64,000 nucleotides of DNA from NCBI GenBank assembly GCA_964016885.1, contig OZ024756.1:25854001-25918000 (forward strand), given 5' to 3'. The notes beneath the pieces were generated by a model. The model saw nothing but the letters and a program-made list of their open reading frames with translations, did not search any database and was not told the origin of the DNA. The position numbers were made by a program, and so were the translations under genes. Below are positions 13,645-26,386 of this stretch, piece by piece. Origin of the DNA: Eledone cirrhosa. Its lineage: Eukaryota. Positions within the stretch are counted from its first letter, which is position 1. Every line of letters starts with the position of its first letter.

Positions 13645-13815
13645 ATGTGTACATATAGTAGGTAGGTAGATAGACCTGTAGATAGGTGGAAAAATAGATG
13701 GATAGACAGACAGACAGATAGGTGGCTGGATAGATAGATACATAGATAAGTGGATAGGTAGGTAGATAGGTGAATAGATAGAGAGGTAGATAGGTAGGTA
13801 ATTTGATAGATAGAT
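13645..13815. repeat. (GATA/GGTA)n tetranucleotide microsatellite downstream of the ZNF800-like CDS
   Basis: Runs of TAGA/TAGG/CAGA. Confidence 0.85.
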
Positions 13816-14068
13816 ATGGTTGTGCAGAAGTGAGAGCCAAGTGGTACAAATGAGCTTTATACAAATAAGAAAATCTGCATGGAAACATTTGCACAAGAAA
13901 CCCAGACATCAATGTGAGTAAATACAAAGAGCTGGGGCAAGGATCAAGTTATTCACAAATGGTACAATTAAGGCTTGTAGGGATATCATAAAGATCAATA
14001 GCCATTGATCGAACACCCTTCATCAATCTCAATACACAGTTATTATAACAAGTTTGCTAAATATTCTG

Positions 14069-17000
14069 TTAAGTATTAACTTTTTTCATATTTCTTCTGA
14101 GGTTTTTAGCTTTAGAGTCAAGTGCTACCTGAGGTTTTTGGTAAGAACCTTTCCTCGTGTTTAGAACAGATAATTGACCGTGGTTGCCACCACAAGAAAC
14201 ATCTGGTGGGTTAGAATTCCAGTGATTGTCAGAGCAGGTTCCACTTGAACCTGCAACTACAGCAGCACAACATGAGGCTAAATGTGTGCACTCAGTACTG
14301 ACTTGTTCTCCAGTCAAATCAACAAACATACAGTCTTCAGACATTTCACTATCTCTACAATATATTTCATTCTTCTGATTCGACTGCCTATTGTTGTTGT
14401 TATTGTTGCTGCTAACTAAATTCTCTTTACAGTGGTTCACTTTCCAGCCAAGATGGCAGGCTACATGTTTTTCTAGGCGAGACATCATTTGAAAAGTACG
14501 ATTACATTTGAGACACATCTGTCTTTTAGTATCCATGAGAGTTTTCACATCAACTTTAGTTTTAGTTAAAGATAACATAGACAGTTTATTTATGGAACTG
14601 CTACAACGAGACTGGCTGAATTCACTGCTTTTCTGTGAGAAGAAAGATTTACATCTTGTTGATTTCTTAATGATTGGTGAAGGGAAGGATTTACCTTGAA
14701 TTTCTGTACGCCATCGACATGAGCCTGTCGGTTTTTTGATCAGTCTGTTTAAATCAATGACATAGTGGTTTAAGGCTTTAACTGATAAAGTTAGGATCTT
14801 ACAGAGGTGATGCTGTCTTATGTGTAACTTACACATGTGTCGCTTTGCAGCAGAGAACATACAGAGCTTGCATTTGTAGCGTTTCCATTTGATGCATTTG
14901 CTGTTTTTAGGAGAGAAATGTTTCAGTGTTTTCCCCTCTTTAGTTGGTACCTGCACCAGGGAATTGTTTTGAAAACCCAACAGAGAAACTTCAAAATCTG
15001 TTTCTTTAATGTTATCACACTGGGAAGGTTTGGTCATGTGATCTTTTGTGCCTAAGTAGTTGGATGTTTGTTCAGTTTTAAAACTATTTGAGAAACTTTG
15101 GGATATGACAATCACATCTTCGGAGTCGGCCGAAGGACTGGCATCAGGCAAAGACTTATTGACAGCCGTCGACAAATGTTCAAGGACTTCAACGTCATTG
15201 TTACAACAAGACTTACAACACATTGTATCTGGACAGTTCACATCAGATAAATTAACAGAACACTGTTGTATGTTTGAAACATGTCTACTAACAACACCAG
15301 CAACATTATTGTCACTGTTCAATACAGGTGCTCCAGAACATGGCTTTAACTTCTCAGTCCAGCAGTTAGAAGTCACAACAGTTCTTAAGTCTTGATAAAC
15401 AGTAGGAACATTGGGGCTATTTTTAACAGCAATAATTTCTACATCCTTTGTCTCAAAATCGCCAGATGTGTTGGTATTGTTGATATTTGTAGCAGCAATG
15501 ATCGGTAATGATGTCACTGGTGTTGTGTTGGTGCTGTTACTGTTGTTGTCAACAGAACAGATACTGACAGGAATTACATTAAATGTGGAACCAATTTTAT
15601 TTAGGCTGTGATTAAGAAGCACAGTAGGGGTCTGGGGCTGACCTTTCACAGTTACACTGATGTTTGGATTAGTTTTGATGGATTCCAGAGGAAACAGCAA
15701 TACTTTACTTTCGCTAAGTTTTGGATTGGCAAGTAACAAGCTGTCGTTCATCACAGATTTAGCTATAGTGTTTATGGTGCCATTTATTTTGGGTAATTTG
15801 GTGTCTTCAGTTACCTGAACCTGTGTGACAGGCTGCACTTTTGGTGGAATATTACGTGGGCGAACATTATCAATTTTTGTCTGTGATCGATTCTGAAATT
15901 TAGATGACTGTACCTTGTAGTCAGTGTCATTAGAGGTGTCAGACCAGTCAAATGAATTACTGCCTTCTTTAAGAGAGGGGGGCAGAGGACTTCGGACATT
16001 GCGTACTGGCTGGTTAACATGTTCCCAGTCTATACAGTCACGTAAGTGGTCTCGAAGTGATTCGATCTTAGGAAATATTTTACCACAACTTTCACAACGA
16101 AATTTCTTCCGACCCCTTGAAGATTTAGGCATTATTCCTCGTATTAGCTTTTGTTGCAAGATCTCATTTTCATAAGCAAGCTGTTCTTCCTTCAAAGCTA
16201 ACAGATTTGCTTGAGCTTTCTTCTTTGCATCCAGTATATCTTTGGCACTGTTGTTCGTAGTTGTCACTTTGTTCTGTATTTTCTCAGAACTAGAATATCC
16301 TCGAGGCTTTAACCAGTCAGTTTTGTTAACTTTAGGCCTCAGACCATTCATAGGTTGATCATGAGAATTACTGCAGCCACTGGAAGTGCAGCTGTTTGCT
16401 CTTTCTTTCAGCTCATCTGCATGTACAGTCAGTAGATGGTCACCTAAACCTTTTTGAGTAGACATCGTACGGTTACATTTTAGACAAATACAGTTCTTAA
16501 AATCTGCTAAATCATATTTTGAAAATTGTTTATCCAGTTCAGAGCCAATTTTAGTTTCTGAAACAAGAGAAGGGGCTGTTGAAGGCAATGTGTTTAATTT
16601 GTCACAAGATTCTGCATTTAATTCACACAGATTACCACTGGCACCTCCACACACTTTTGATATTTCTGTACAGTCACCATTTTCATCTTTCTTTTCCACA
16701 GAACAATCATCTCCATCACTAGGAATTACTTTAACAGCAACCTGTGTATTTTCCATTGGTTCTAAACTAAACAGTTGTGTCGGTTGAGGATTGTCACGTG
16801 CAATTTCCAACTGTTTCTGAACTGCGTCGTAAAACTGACTTTTAGTTGGTCCATTGTTGGGTAACATCTTAGCACAATGGCTTACCTGACTGCTTTGTAA
16901 AACCTTCTTAGCAAGGTCAACAGAATGTTGCAGGAAACCTTTCTGGTCTTCATATATATCTGGTTTGATGCTAACTGAAGCTTTCCCTTCATCATCAGGT

Positions 17001-17272
17001 GGACCATGACAAGCAGTCTGTATATCTGTATCGCTATCATGACGTTGCTTGCAATAAATTCGTTTGTGCGCCACGAGATAAGGCACGTCTCGGAAGAGAT
17101 TTGAACAGGTACGACATTCTAAAATGATATGTGTCTCTTTTAGAAGGTAAAGTAAGAGTTCGCTGGTGCCAACACTCACATATTTCATCAAGTCAAACAA
17201 GGACAGATGAAATTCTTTATGAGGTGAGTGCTGTTGTAGCCGAGACAAATCGATGTTCTCCACAGCCTCCAT
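14069..17272 (-). CDS. ZNF800: ZNF800-like C2H2/C2HC zinc-finger protein, 1067 aa, coding region in one exon
   Basis: Uninterrupted 3.2-kb ORF. The N-terminus 'GTSELLLYLLKETHIILECRTCSNLFRDVPYLVAHKRIYC' matches the ZNF800 signature as I recall it (GTxxLxxxLLKxxxxIxECxxCxxLFRxxPxLxxHKxxYC). Four further dispersed fingers: CLKC..HLLTVH, CESC..HLRDC, CKLC..HIRQHH, CLKC..HVACH. A polypyrimidine 3' splice site lies 18 nt upstream of the ATG. Confidence 0.88.
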   Translation of the reverse strand: MEAVENIDLSRLQQHSPHKEFHLSLFDLMKYVSVGTSELLLYLLKETHIILECRTCSNLFRDVPYLVAHKRIYCKQRHDSDTDIQTACHGPPDDEGKASVSIKPDIYEDQKGFLQHSVDLAKKVLQSSQVSHCAKMLPNNGPTKSQFYDAVQKQLEIARDNPQPTQLFSLEPMENTQVAVKVIPSDGDDCSVEKKDENGDCTEISKVCGGASGNLCELNAESCDKLNTLPSTAPSLVSETKIGSELDKQFSKYDLADFKNCICLKCNRTMSTQKGLGDHLLTVHADELKERANSCTSSGCSNSHDQPMNGLRPKVNKTDWLKPRGYSSSEKIQNKVTTTNNSAKDILDAKKKAQANLLALKEEQLAYENEILQQKLIRGIMPKSSRGRKKFRCESCGKIFPKIESLRDHLRDCIDWEHVNQPVRNVRSPLPPSLKEGSNSFDWSDTSNDTDYKVQSSKFQNRSQTKIDNVRPRNIPPKVQPVTQVQVTEDTKLPKINGTINTIAKSVMNDSLLLANPKLSESKVLLFPLESIKTNPNISVTVKGQPQTPTVLLNHSLNKIGSTFNVIPVSICSVDNNSNSTNTTPVTSLPIIAATNINNTNTSGDFETKDVEIIAVKNSPNVPTVYQDLRTVVTSNCWTEKLKPCSGAPVLNSDNNVAGVVSRHVSNIQQCSVNLSDVNCPDTMCCKSCCNNDVEVLEHLSTAVNKSLPDASPSADSEDVIVISQSFSNSFKTEQTSNYLGTKDHMTKPSQCDNIKETDFEVSLLGFQNNSLVQVPTKEGKTLKHFSPKNSKCIKWKRYKCKLCMFSAAKRHMCKLHIRQHHLCKILTLSVKALNHYVIDLNRLIKKPTGSCRWRTEIQGKSFPSPIIKKSTRCKSFFSQKSSEFSQSRCSSSINKLSMLSLTKTKVDVKTLMDTKRQMCLKCNRTFQMMSRLEKHVACHLGWKVNHCKENLVSSNNNNNNRQSNQKNEIYCRDSEMSEDCMFVDLTGEQVSTECTHLASCCAAVVAGSSGTCSDNHWNSNPPDVSCGGNHGQLSVLNTRKGSYQKPQVALDSKAKNLRRNMKKVNT

Positions 17273-17287
17273 TAGAGAAACTCTTTT

Positions 17288-17312
17288 CTACTGAAAAAGA
17301 TAGAAAAACAAT
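17288..17312 (-). promoter_or_regulatory. 3' splice acceptor of the ZNF800-like coding exon (tandem CAG/TAG)
   Basis: The minus strand reads TGTTTTTCTATCTTTTTCAG|TAG|AAAAGAGTTTCTCTAATG. Confidence 0.75.
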
Positions 17313-19967
17313 AATTAATACTAAAATTCATACTCAGAACAATAATTAACACTTAACATCTAATGATTTAGCAAAAAATGTCTAAAAACATCTTAACTTA
17401 AATGTTTATAGTATCTTTACTGGTAGACAGATCTTTGCAAAAATTTGGAGTGTTGTCAGTTATATATCTTTGTATTGATTTAGCAGAAAATGTTTAAACA
17501 AAGGTTTGTTAAATTCAAATGTTTATATTGTATTTACTAGTAGACAGATTATTGTGAAAATTTGCAGTATTAAGAAATTGTTAGGGAAAGTTTTACTCCT
17601 ATATATTAAGATAGCAAATTTAACATCTAAGTTTTATCTTGGCAAAACTAAACATAAAATGTATTGTAACATTTGTTTTCTACACTGAGTTTAATTTATG
17701 CTGAAATCAACTTTATTTATCAACCTGAAAGGATATAAAACAAAGTAATGGAATTGTTAGAACATCGGCCAAAATTCTTCGAGCTATTTGTCCCAGCCCT
17801 TTGCATTCGGAGTTTAAATCCTGTTGTGGCTAACTTGGGTGGTAGATTCAATCTACCCCCATCCTGCTGTAGCTAACTTTAGGGTCTCGGAGGCTAGCAG
17901 GAAGTAGTCATTTTCAGACTGGAAACCTGGTTTGAATCTACAGAATATACTCTGCTAAGAACACCCAACTGCTAGGTGGAAGGCTTAACCTGGCTTAACT
18001 AAGCTTGTTTGCCATCCAATAACAGTGGTTTAAGTTAGGGGGTCTCCAAATTGGTCAAAACTGACTCAAACGGATCAATGGAGTTACCCAGAGGGTTGAT
18101 TGAACTTTGGGGGCAAAAACCTAACATTTGTACAAGAAATGAATATAGATAAAATAATACAAAATACATTTTGCTTATATAGAGAGGTTTCTGATTCAAC
18201 CATGCTCCCAGTACACACTGTAAAGTGGTTAGTCATAGAAACCAAGCCAAAAATGCACCCAGTACAGTATAAAGTGGTAGTGCTTGTGCCACAATAAAAT
18301 ACACTAAGTACATTCTATAAAGTGGTGGCATTGGTGACAACAAAATGCACCCAGTTTCACTCTATAAAATGGTTGGCGTTAGGAGGAGCATGACACTATT
18401 AGAAATCATGCGAAAAAAAAAAAAGGAACATATGAGGAAGATGTGGTCCCTCCGAGATGTCTTGGACCGTGGCTTGTCTAACCCATGCCAACGTGTAAAG
18501 TGGACGTAAAATTATGATTATGATGATTTTAAGTAGTTTCAATGAGAATATGGAGGTGGGTCATTATCAGGAATATGAAACAAATTACTCCAAAGACCCA
18601 GTCTTCGGTAATGCAACAGTGATCTATTTCAGTACGTTGATTGATACTTTATTTTATGGACCCAGGAAGGACGGAAGACAAAACTGAACCTAACAGGATT
18701 TGAACAGAAACCGGAAAGAGGCGTAACTAACTAGCGCTAGACATTTTGTTCCGTGCTCTACCAATTATAAAAGGCCCCGCAAAAATAGTGATTTGTCACA
18801 TAGGCGAAATGTTAGGTTTACAGTTGAAGTCATAACCCCAGTACATCGACCACAAATATCATTAGTAATAAATACTATTATTAGTAAAAGAAAAAAGCCT
18901 AATAACAAAAATGCATTCAACTATGTAAAAGTTAATGGAAGAAAAACCAAGTTTGCAAATAATAATAAATGTGTGTCTGTTCTCCACAGCGGAGCCGAGA
19001 GACACTCCACTTTGATCACGTGGTTCGACTCAGTTTTTAGAAAACTATCTGGAAATATTTGAACTTTTGACAGTACACACCACACCCCACACATACAATA
19101 TATCTATCTATATGTATGTGTGTGTGCATGTGTAAGTGTTTGTTTCTGTGTGGCAACATTAAAACAGAAACGAGACTTAAATTATTCAAATCAAATACGT
19201 TATTTTGTTTTTTCTCTTGTTTTCCGTCCCTCCCCTCCCACCTCGGTCTCAGTCCGATATGATAATAATCATTTTCTATACTGGCCACAAGTACCTACAT
19301 AAAGGGGGCAATACACAAAAACAGGGATAGTGGAGGTTTACAAAAATAATAATAAAATTAACTAATATTAATGGACAAGACACAAACGATGCCAGCCAAA
19401 GCGAACAACCTCTAAAGAAACAAGCTTTAAATGAAGACCCTCCAAAAATCTGACCATATCAATGTAATAGTAGTATTAGAGCGAGAAGGTCAGATGTGGG
19501 GTCAAATGTTTGTGATGGAGAGCCACTAACAAGCACCTGCTGTTGTGGCCTATCAGAGAGAATAGAATGCAAACGATGTTTGTCTGTTGTTAAACTATAA
19601 AAGTATCCTGGTTGCTTGCTGGTCTGAGATGGTTCTCTCTGGTTCCTTGCCTACCACCCACAACATCGCTCTATTTTTCTTGCTTTATTTTATCTTAAGT
19701 TTTGTTACACAAATGACGATGAAGAGGGAGTGAGAAGATAAAGATAACAAAGCAACAAACACTGTTAATTATATTACAAATGCGAGTGTGTGAAGGTCCA
19801 GGTGAACAACGGAATGGAAGATAGTATTAGAGTTAGGACAGGGTATTGAGGTCTAACAGGGGTTTCTGAATAGAGGGAGGGAGAGAGAAAGCGGGGTGTC
19901 AGAGAGACACAGACATTGGGGGAGGGTGATAGAAAGACAAACGCTAGATCGAGCGATGCACACATAC

Positions 19968-20013
<46 letters not shown>

Positions 20014-20251
20014 AATATATATACACATACAAAGAGAAGGAGAGACACAGTGGGAGAGTGTGAAAAGAAAGGGAGGCAGACAAAAGAGTATGAAAGAGAG
20101 ATACAGAGATAAAAGAAAGGAGAAAGAGAAGTTAGATAGGAGAGCAGGCAGACGGCGACAAATAGACACACAAAAGAAGAGAGAGAGAGAGAGGATAGAT
20201 ATATACACACACACGTACATAGAGTAAAGCGTGTGCATATAGAGGGGACAT

Positions 20252-20451
20252 NNNNNNNNNNNNNNNNNNNNNNNNNNNNNNNNNNNNNNNNNNNNNNNNN
20301 NNNNNNNNNNNNNNNNNNNNNNNNNNNNNNNNNNNNNNNNNNNNNNNNNNNNNNNNNNNNNNNNNNNNNNNNNNNNNNNNNNNNNNNNNNNNNNNNNNNN
20401 NNNNNNNNNNNNNNNNNNNNNNNNNNNNNNNNNNNNNNNNNNNNNNNNNNN
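20252..20451. other. Assembly gap (200 N)
   Basis: Run of N. Confidence 1.
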
Positions 20452-20639
20452 TATATATAATTGAGATAAGCGGAGCAAGTAAAATTCAAACAATTTCTTA
20501 ATATAAATTAAAAAATATAATTTAAATATTTACCTAATCCATTTGCTTTTACCGACGGTTTCACCTTACAAAAGATTGGAGATCCTAGGGATCTCCAATG
20601 GAAATGTTAGGATCATCAGAGAGCATTTTTTATATATAT

Positions 20640-20985
20640 GGAGGCACATGGCTTAGTGGTTAGAGCATTGGCCTTGCAATCGAAAGGTTGTGAGTTCAAT
20701 TCTCAGACCGGGTGATGCGTTGTTTCCTTGAGCAAGACACTTTATTTCACATTGCTCCAGTTTACTCAGCTGTAGAAATGAGATGATAGGGACTGGGGTC
20801 CCTATCATTCCACTGCAAAGTGGTCGTGGAGGTGCCACGGCAAAAAAGCACCCAGCACTCACTGTAAATGAGGTTGGTGTTAGGAAGGGCATCCAGCTGT
20901 AGAAATCAAGCCAGAATCAGTTCCCGTCCCACCCTTGCAAGCAGGGAAAAAGCGGACGTAAAATGAAATGATGAATGATGATGAT
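20640..20985 (+). mobile_element. tRNA-headed SINE with an RTE-type 3' tail (family A)
   Basis: A box TGGCTTAGTGG and B box GAGTTCAATTC, a CCTTGAGCAAGACACTTT body, then GTTGGTGTTAGGAAGGGCATCCAGCTGTAG...CCCGTCCCACCCTTGCAAGCAGGGAAAAAGCGGACGTAAAATGA(TGA)n. Near-identical copies at 38915-39243 (-) and 56884-57185 (+); partial copies at 38130-38355, 22150-22280, 30695-30960 and 60000-60120. Confidence 0.85.
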
Positions 20986-22028
20986 ACTAATTTTATATAT
21001 ACATATATAAATACTAATTTTAAATATATATATATTGTTTCCATAGGAAAGGTAAAGGAAAGGAGAGTGCTCTATGTAGGCTACAGAGCTATTTAGTTAT
21101 GTAATAAACAACATAAGACAATTATTCCATTTACCAAATGGAGTGTGTGGGTGAATGGAAGATATCAAACTGGAGACTTTGTCCGAAGGCTTGCAGCAGA
21201 GTGGAGCCTTTCTAAAGGCACTGCTAAACTAGGCAAAGGTCACAGTGGGATTTGAACTCAGAATGCAACAAACCAGAATAGATAATGCAACATATCTTAT
21301 CTGATTCTCTAACAATTCCATTAACCCATTTAGCATTTAAACCGGCCTTAACTCTCTCACCTCTTTCTGTTCAAACTGGCTGTAACCGGCTGCTCATACT
21401 TATGTTAAAGTATTGTTTTCAAAATAAATAACATCAAAATCTCATAGATTCAATATTATGTGAGATATTATGTAAGCCAAAGCCTTTACTGTAAAAATAC
21501 AATAGTATATATAGAGTAATCATCATCATTACCATCATCGTTTAACATCTATCTTCCATGCTAGCATGGGTTAGACAAGAATTGTCCCACTTGAGGCAAG
21601 ATTGGTTGGGTGACCGTGTCTCGCTTGTATAGGACTATCTGGCAGGTTTTCTACGGCTGGATGCCCTTCCTAACACCAACCACATTTACAGTGTGGACTG
21701 GGAGCTTTTTACCATGTTGTAAATTATAAAGGATTAATCCACTTCCATGGACTACTACTTTATTTTATTTACTCCTTCCCCCATGAAAGGATAAAAGGCA
21801 AATTTGACCTTCATGAGATTTGAACTCAGAAAACAAACAAATACCACAGTGCAGTTTGTCCACCACTCTAATAGCTCTGCCAGTTTGCCACATACAAAGG
21901 TAATGTGAAAGTTTATTTCCCATGGAAGATATGTGGGTTTGGCAGGAAGTGTGGGAGTTGTGTTGATGTTTCAATGAGTCAGACTTATTTCAAGTTTATT
22001 GTTCTGTGATAAGGAAACTACAAAAATT

Positions 22029-22069
<41 letters not shown>

Positions 22070-22278
22070 ATGTATAAAAGAAAGATCGACTTTCGTCAAA
22101 TCGGACCGAGGAAACAATGTTTCCGTTGGTCTTTCCAATTGCTAATACTAACTATCGGTCGCAACGTGAAATAAAGTGTCTTGCTGAAGGACATAATGCA
22201 TCGCCTGGTCCAAGAATCGAACTCACAACCTCACGATTGCGAATCCAATTCTGTAACCACTCAGCCACACGCCTTCAC

Positions 22279-22432
<154 letters not shown>

Positions 22433-22951
22433 AGGTGTCACGACAAAAAAAACACACAGTCCACGCTGTAATGTGGCCGTGTAGGCAACACGGTAAAAAC
22501 CTCCCAGACCCACACTGTAAATGTGGTTGGTGTTAGGAAGGGCATCCAACTGTAGAAAACCTGCCAGACAGTCCTATGCGAGCAAGACAATCACTCTTGC
22601 CTCAAGTGGGAAAACCCCCGTCCAAACCCATGCAAGCGTGGAACACGGACGTTAAATGATGATGATATATATATATATATATGGGAGTAGTATATTTATA
22701 GTATACAAGGATGCAATTCACTTCTAGCACTCAATTACCTCATATTATTTCCTAAAAATAAGGATGCCAGAGTATATTAATAAAGAGGATCTGCTACCAT
22801 CTGATTTTCCAGCCCTGCTTAGTCACAGGGGTGTGGGTGGCTGACCACTCAACTACAGCCGAGAATACCATCAACCTTATTTGTTCTCTCTATCTACCAG
22901 TCCCCCACCACCTTGGCCGACAACTCTATATGGTCAGTTTGAGTTCAGACC

Positions 22952-22987
<36 letters not shown>

Positions 22988-24147
22988 AAGAGAGGGAGTT
23001 ATCAGGTCGCTCTCGAGTAACCCAGTACTACCTGTCTCATGGTCGGGTCACCGGCGACTAAACTGGCAACCCCACCAAGCTTGCTTGGTGAGGAGGGTGA
23101 TATTTGGACACCCTACGGGATGAAATACAAGACTCGGCAAAGGGTAGAGGAACTCAGCAGAGTCAACGGCCATCCAAATAGTATTTTTTTTAATACAAAG
23201 AGGTTAAACTCCGAGGCATAAAAAGCTGAGGGCTGTCGTATTTTCCATGGCAAACATTTGCACCGAAGATATGTGTTGTCAGTTCCAAAAAGTGTGGTTG
23301 GTCCTACACAAGCCTTCACCACTTAAACAAAACTTTGTGTGGGTAGTTCAACATCAGTTCACTTTCTCACATCAACTTTTGTTGGACACTCACACGTCGG
23401 ATATTGACGAGAGAGTCCATCATAGTTATACTTTGGGAGGGTCATGTTGTTAATAAAAACACATGCACCTGCTGGTTTTCACTTCAATTTATTATAAATT
23501 TCTGGTTGGTTGTTTGGTTCGATAACCGGATGGTTGTTTATATAGTCAAAGTTCTTTTGTCACACATTCTATGAGTAACTAGGTTTTTATTTTGTCTCTC
23601 TCCTTTGTTCTGTCCTCACCATCTTGGTAGCATGCCCCTCCCAAAGTATAACAATATCTGTGAGTTAGTCCCAGGGTTACTTACTCCAGTAAGTACCACC
23701 GAATCCCAACCACTAAATTTATAGAAATAAGAGATAGAATTTTCATACAATTTCATTTCGTGTGAGAATTATCTCTCACTACATCTGAAGTAATAACTGA
23801 AGCATAATAAGTTTCTCAAATCGAGTATCAAAATGACTTGCGTTTATTGTAGTCCGTGAATTACATATGTGGTAAGCAAATGTACCTCGTGGCATGACAA
23901 GGTTATAATCCTGAACCATAAGATGTGGTTGGAAAAGGTTAGCATGCTTGCGCTCGATGTGACCAGTTTGAGAGGTGCCGCCAAAAGAGAGTAAATGAGC
24001 AAGAGAGGTCGAGTGACGTCAGAACACTCCCTTATATACTGGCCACGGGGAAGTAACTCCAATTAGTTTTTCTCCCGGGCAAGGTGGTGCTAGTCGCTAC
24101 ATATATATATATATATCTGTCCAACCCATATATATATTATATATGTC

Positions 24148-25245
24148 AAGCTGCCTCCCAGCCTTCGCCTCAGTCTGTACTGTGCTCAAATATATTCATA
24201 AGGCACCTATTGGCATCTATCGTAATGCCCATTTTCCTTAAAATAAAAGATGTTAAAAGGTATTTAAATATTGCATAACATAATTTTATAATTTTATTTA
24301 GAATATCTAAATACAGAAAGTAATAAAGATAATAGATAAAATGTATTCTACCAAAATTATAAAACATTTACAGGATTTCAGTATATACAATGTTTTTAAC
24401 TTTTTTCTTTGGTGCATATACGAAAAATTTGTAGGGTCTTTCTAGTCTGAAATAACCTACATACAATTGACCTTGTGAGAAACAGCCCTCTTCTAGATGG
24501 AGACTGACAACCTGCAGTGTTTGACTTTGGGACCTGTTAATGGTCATTGCCTAATTTACTTCCACTGGGAAATGCAATCAGAGGACATCTGTTGGTATTA
24601 GCGGTATTCTGGGTGTAACTACAATGTCTCCCTTACCACATCCTGTGAGGATTTGGGCTTGGTAATGTGAGGCTCTAGTTCAGTCACAACCATATGCATC
24701 CCATTGCATAATTATGGCTGATCCAGATTTCTGGGAAGCATGACTGTGTCCTTCTACAATTCAAGGTTATGTGGCAGCATACCAGATAGTTCTAGACTGT
24801 TGAGAAATCCAACGGAGATAATAAACAGCTTCATCCTCGTCGGCACCTTTGTCGATAGATATATAGGTTCAGCGATCATTTATGAGAGATTTTTGTTGAT
24901 GGCATTCGCTGTGATGTTTTTGGGGGGCAAGGTTTGCTCTTTCACACAGCCACTCCTAGTTGGAATGGTGGATTTCAAAATTGGGGAACACTTGATTAAG
25001 TTTACAATGCTTTCCACAACAGTACAAAAGGATGAAGGATCAAAACATCCTTCAGTATTAAGGGATTGCTTTTCTATAAATTTAAACTGTTGAGAGTTAC
25101 TTATTTGTAACTCCCAGGGTCCACCTCGCATCCCGCTTCAGTTATTCACACTGAAGTAACCTCTGAGGGTCCCATCCCACAATTCCATTTTTGAAAAGAA
25201 GGTGATTGCAAGCATCTCGAAGGTCAGATTAGTTGAAAATGCACA
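24148..25245 (-). mobile_element. Helitron PIF1-like helicase remnant with decayed 3' end
   Basis: Minus strand 24547-24368 translates MTINRSQSQTLQVVSLHLEEGCFSQGQLYVG...KNIVYTEIL*, matching Helitron helicase motifs (MTINKSQGQ..., FSHGQLYV, KNIVY). An upstream 'LPPKN' remnant is also present. Confidence 0.85.
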
Positions 25246-25776
25246 ATAAATCTAGGGGCTGGGGGAAATTAAAAAAAAGCGATTCCAGCAGGTGCTTTTT
25301 AAAAAAAAAAAAAAAAATCTAAACAACTGAGATATATATAGACATACAGAAAGAGTGAGAGAGACATATACAGATATAGAGGAAAAGAGATAGTGAGAGA
25401 GGGAGAGAGAGACGGGGGGGGGGGGGCATATAGACACGGAGAGAGAAAAGAGATATATGAAGAGAAAGTCATATAGAAATAGAGATATTGAGGGAGAGAG
25501 AAAGAATGAGAGACAAAGAGATATAGATAGAAACTATCATCATCATCATCATCATCATCCTCGTTTAACGTCCACTTTCCACGCTAGCATGGGTTAGACG
25601 GGAGTTGTCCCACTTGAGGCAGTTGGTTGGGTGACCGTGTCTCGCTCATATAGGACTATCTGGCAGGTTTTCTATATGAATGTATAAACCAGCAAAAGTA
25701 CCTTCCACAGAGTCACTGTCCTAGAACGAGCAGTAAAAATCCCTCCCTCCCTCCCAATTCCGTTCTCTCTCTCTGC

Positions 25777-25814
<38 letters not shown>

Positions 25815-26054
25815 CTGCAGGCAGCCGAGCACAGATAAGTGAGCTTCTATTTGTTGTAGTTTAAGTCACTTTCACAATAGACAAGTTCTTATCTTAACAT
25901 TTATATTACAGCTACATACATCATACATAAGTAAACTTTTGTGTCTTTAATTGACTGAAGACATGTATATTCAGTCTGTCTTGTTATGTTGACTTGAAGG
26001 TCACACTGAACTGTCTTCTGTAGCATCTTCACAAGAGATAGAGAGAGGGTTGAG

Positions 26055-26086
<32 letters not shown>

Positions 26087-26386
26087 TTGGTTTAACTCCT
26101 AACATCCTGTACCACATGAACCGATATTGGCTGAGAGCTGTTTTAATTAATAACATCCTGTATCACATAAGACCACATTAACAAAGCATTCTTAAAAAAA
26201 TATAAAACAGCACTATGATTGCATCACAAAAAATGATAGTTTATTGAAAAAATACTCAATTATCTGTCCTCTAGTAAATATACTATAAACATTTAAATTA
26301 ACAAACCACATGAAACTACATTAACAAGACGTTCTTGAAAAGTACAATACACTATTATGACTGCATCACATTAAAAGTTTATGCCT

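Noticed and set aside
14508-16787. Several plus-strand ORFs inside the ZNF800-like CDS
   Set aside because: Short antisense shadows of the real coding strand.
19944-20493. ORFs spanning the N run
   Set aside because: Artefacts of the assembly gap.
20640-20712. tRNA-like sequences with A and B boxes
   Set aside because: They are SINE heads continuing into repeat bodies; no complete cloverleaf is evident.
23000-23130. Possible HDV-like ribozyme in a GC-richer, LINE-5'-like segment (minus strand CCCTCCTCACC)
   Set aside because: I could not build P3 or P1.1 pairings by eye; unsupported without a covariance search.
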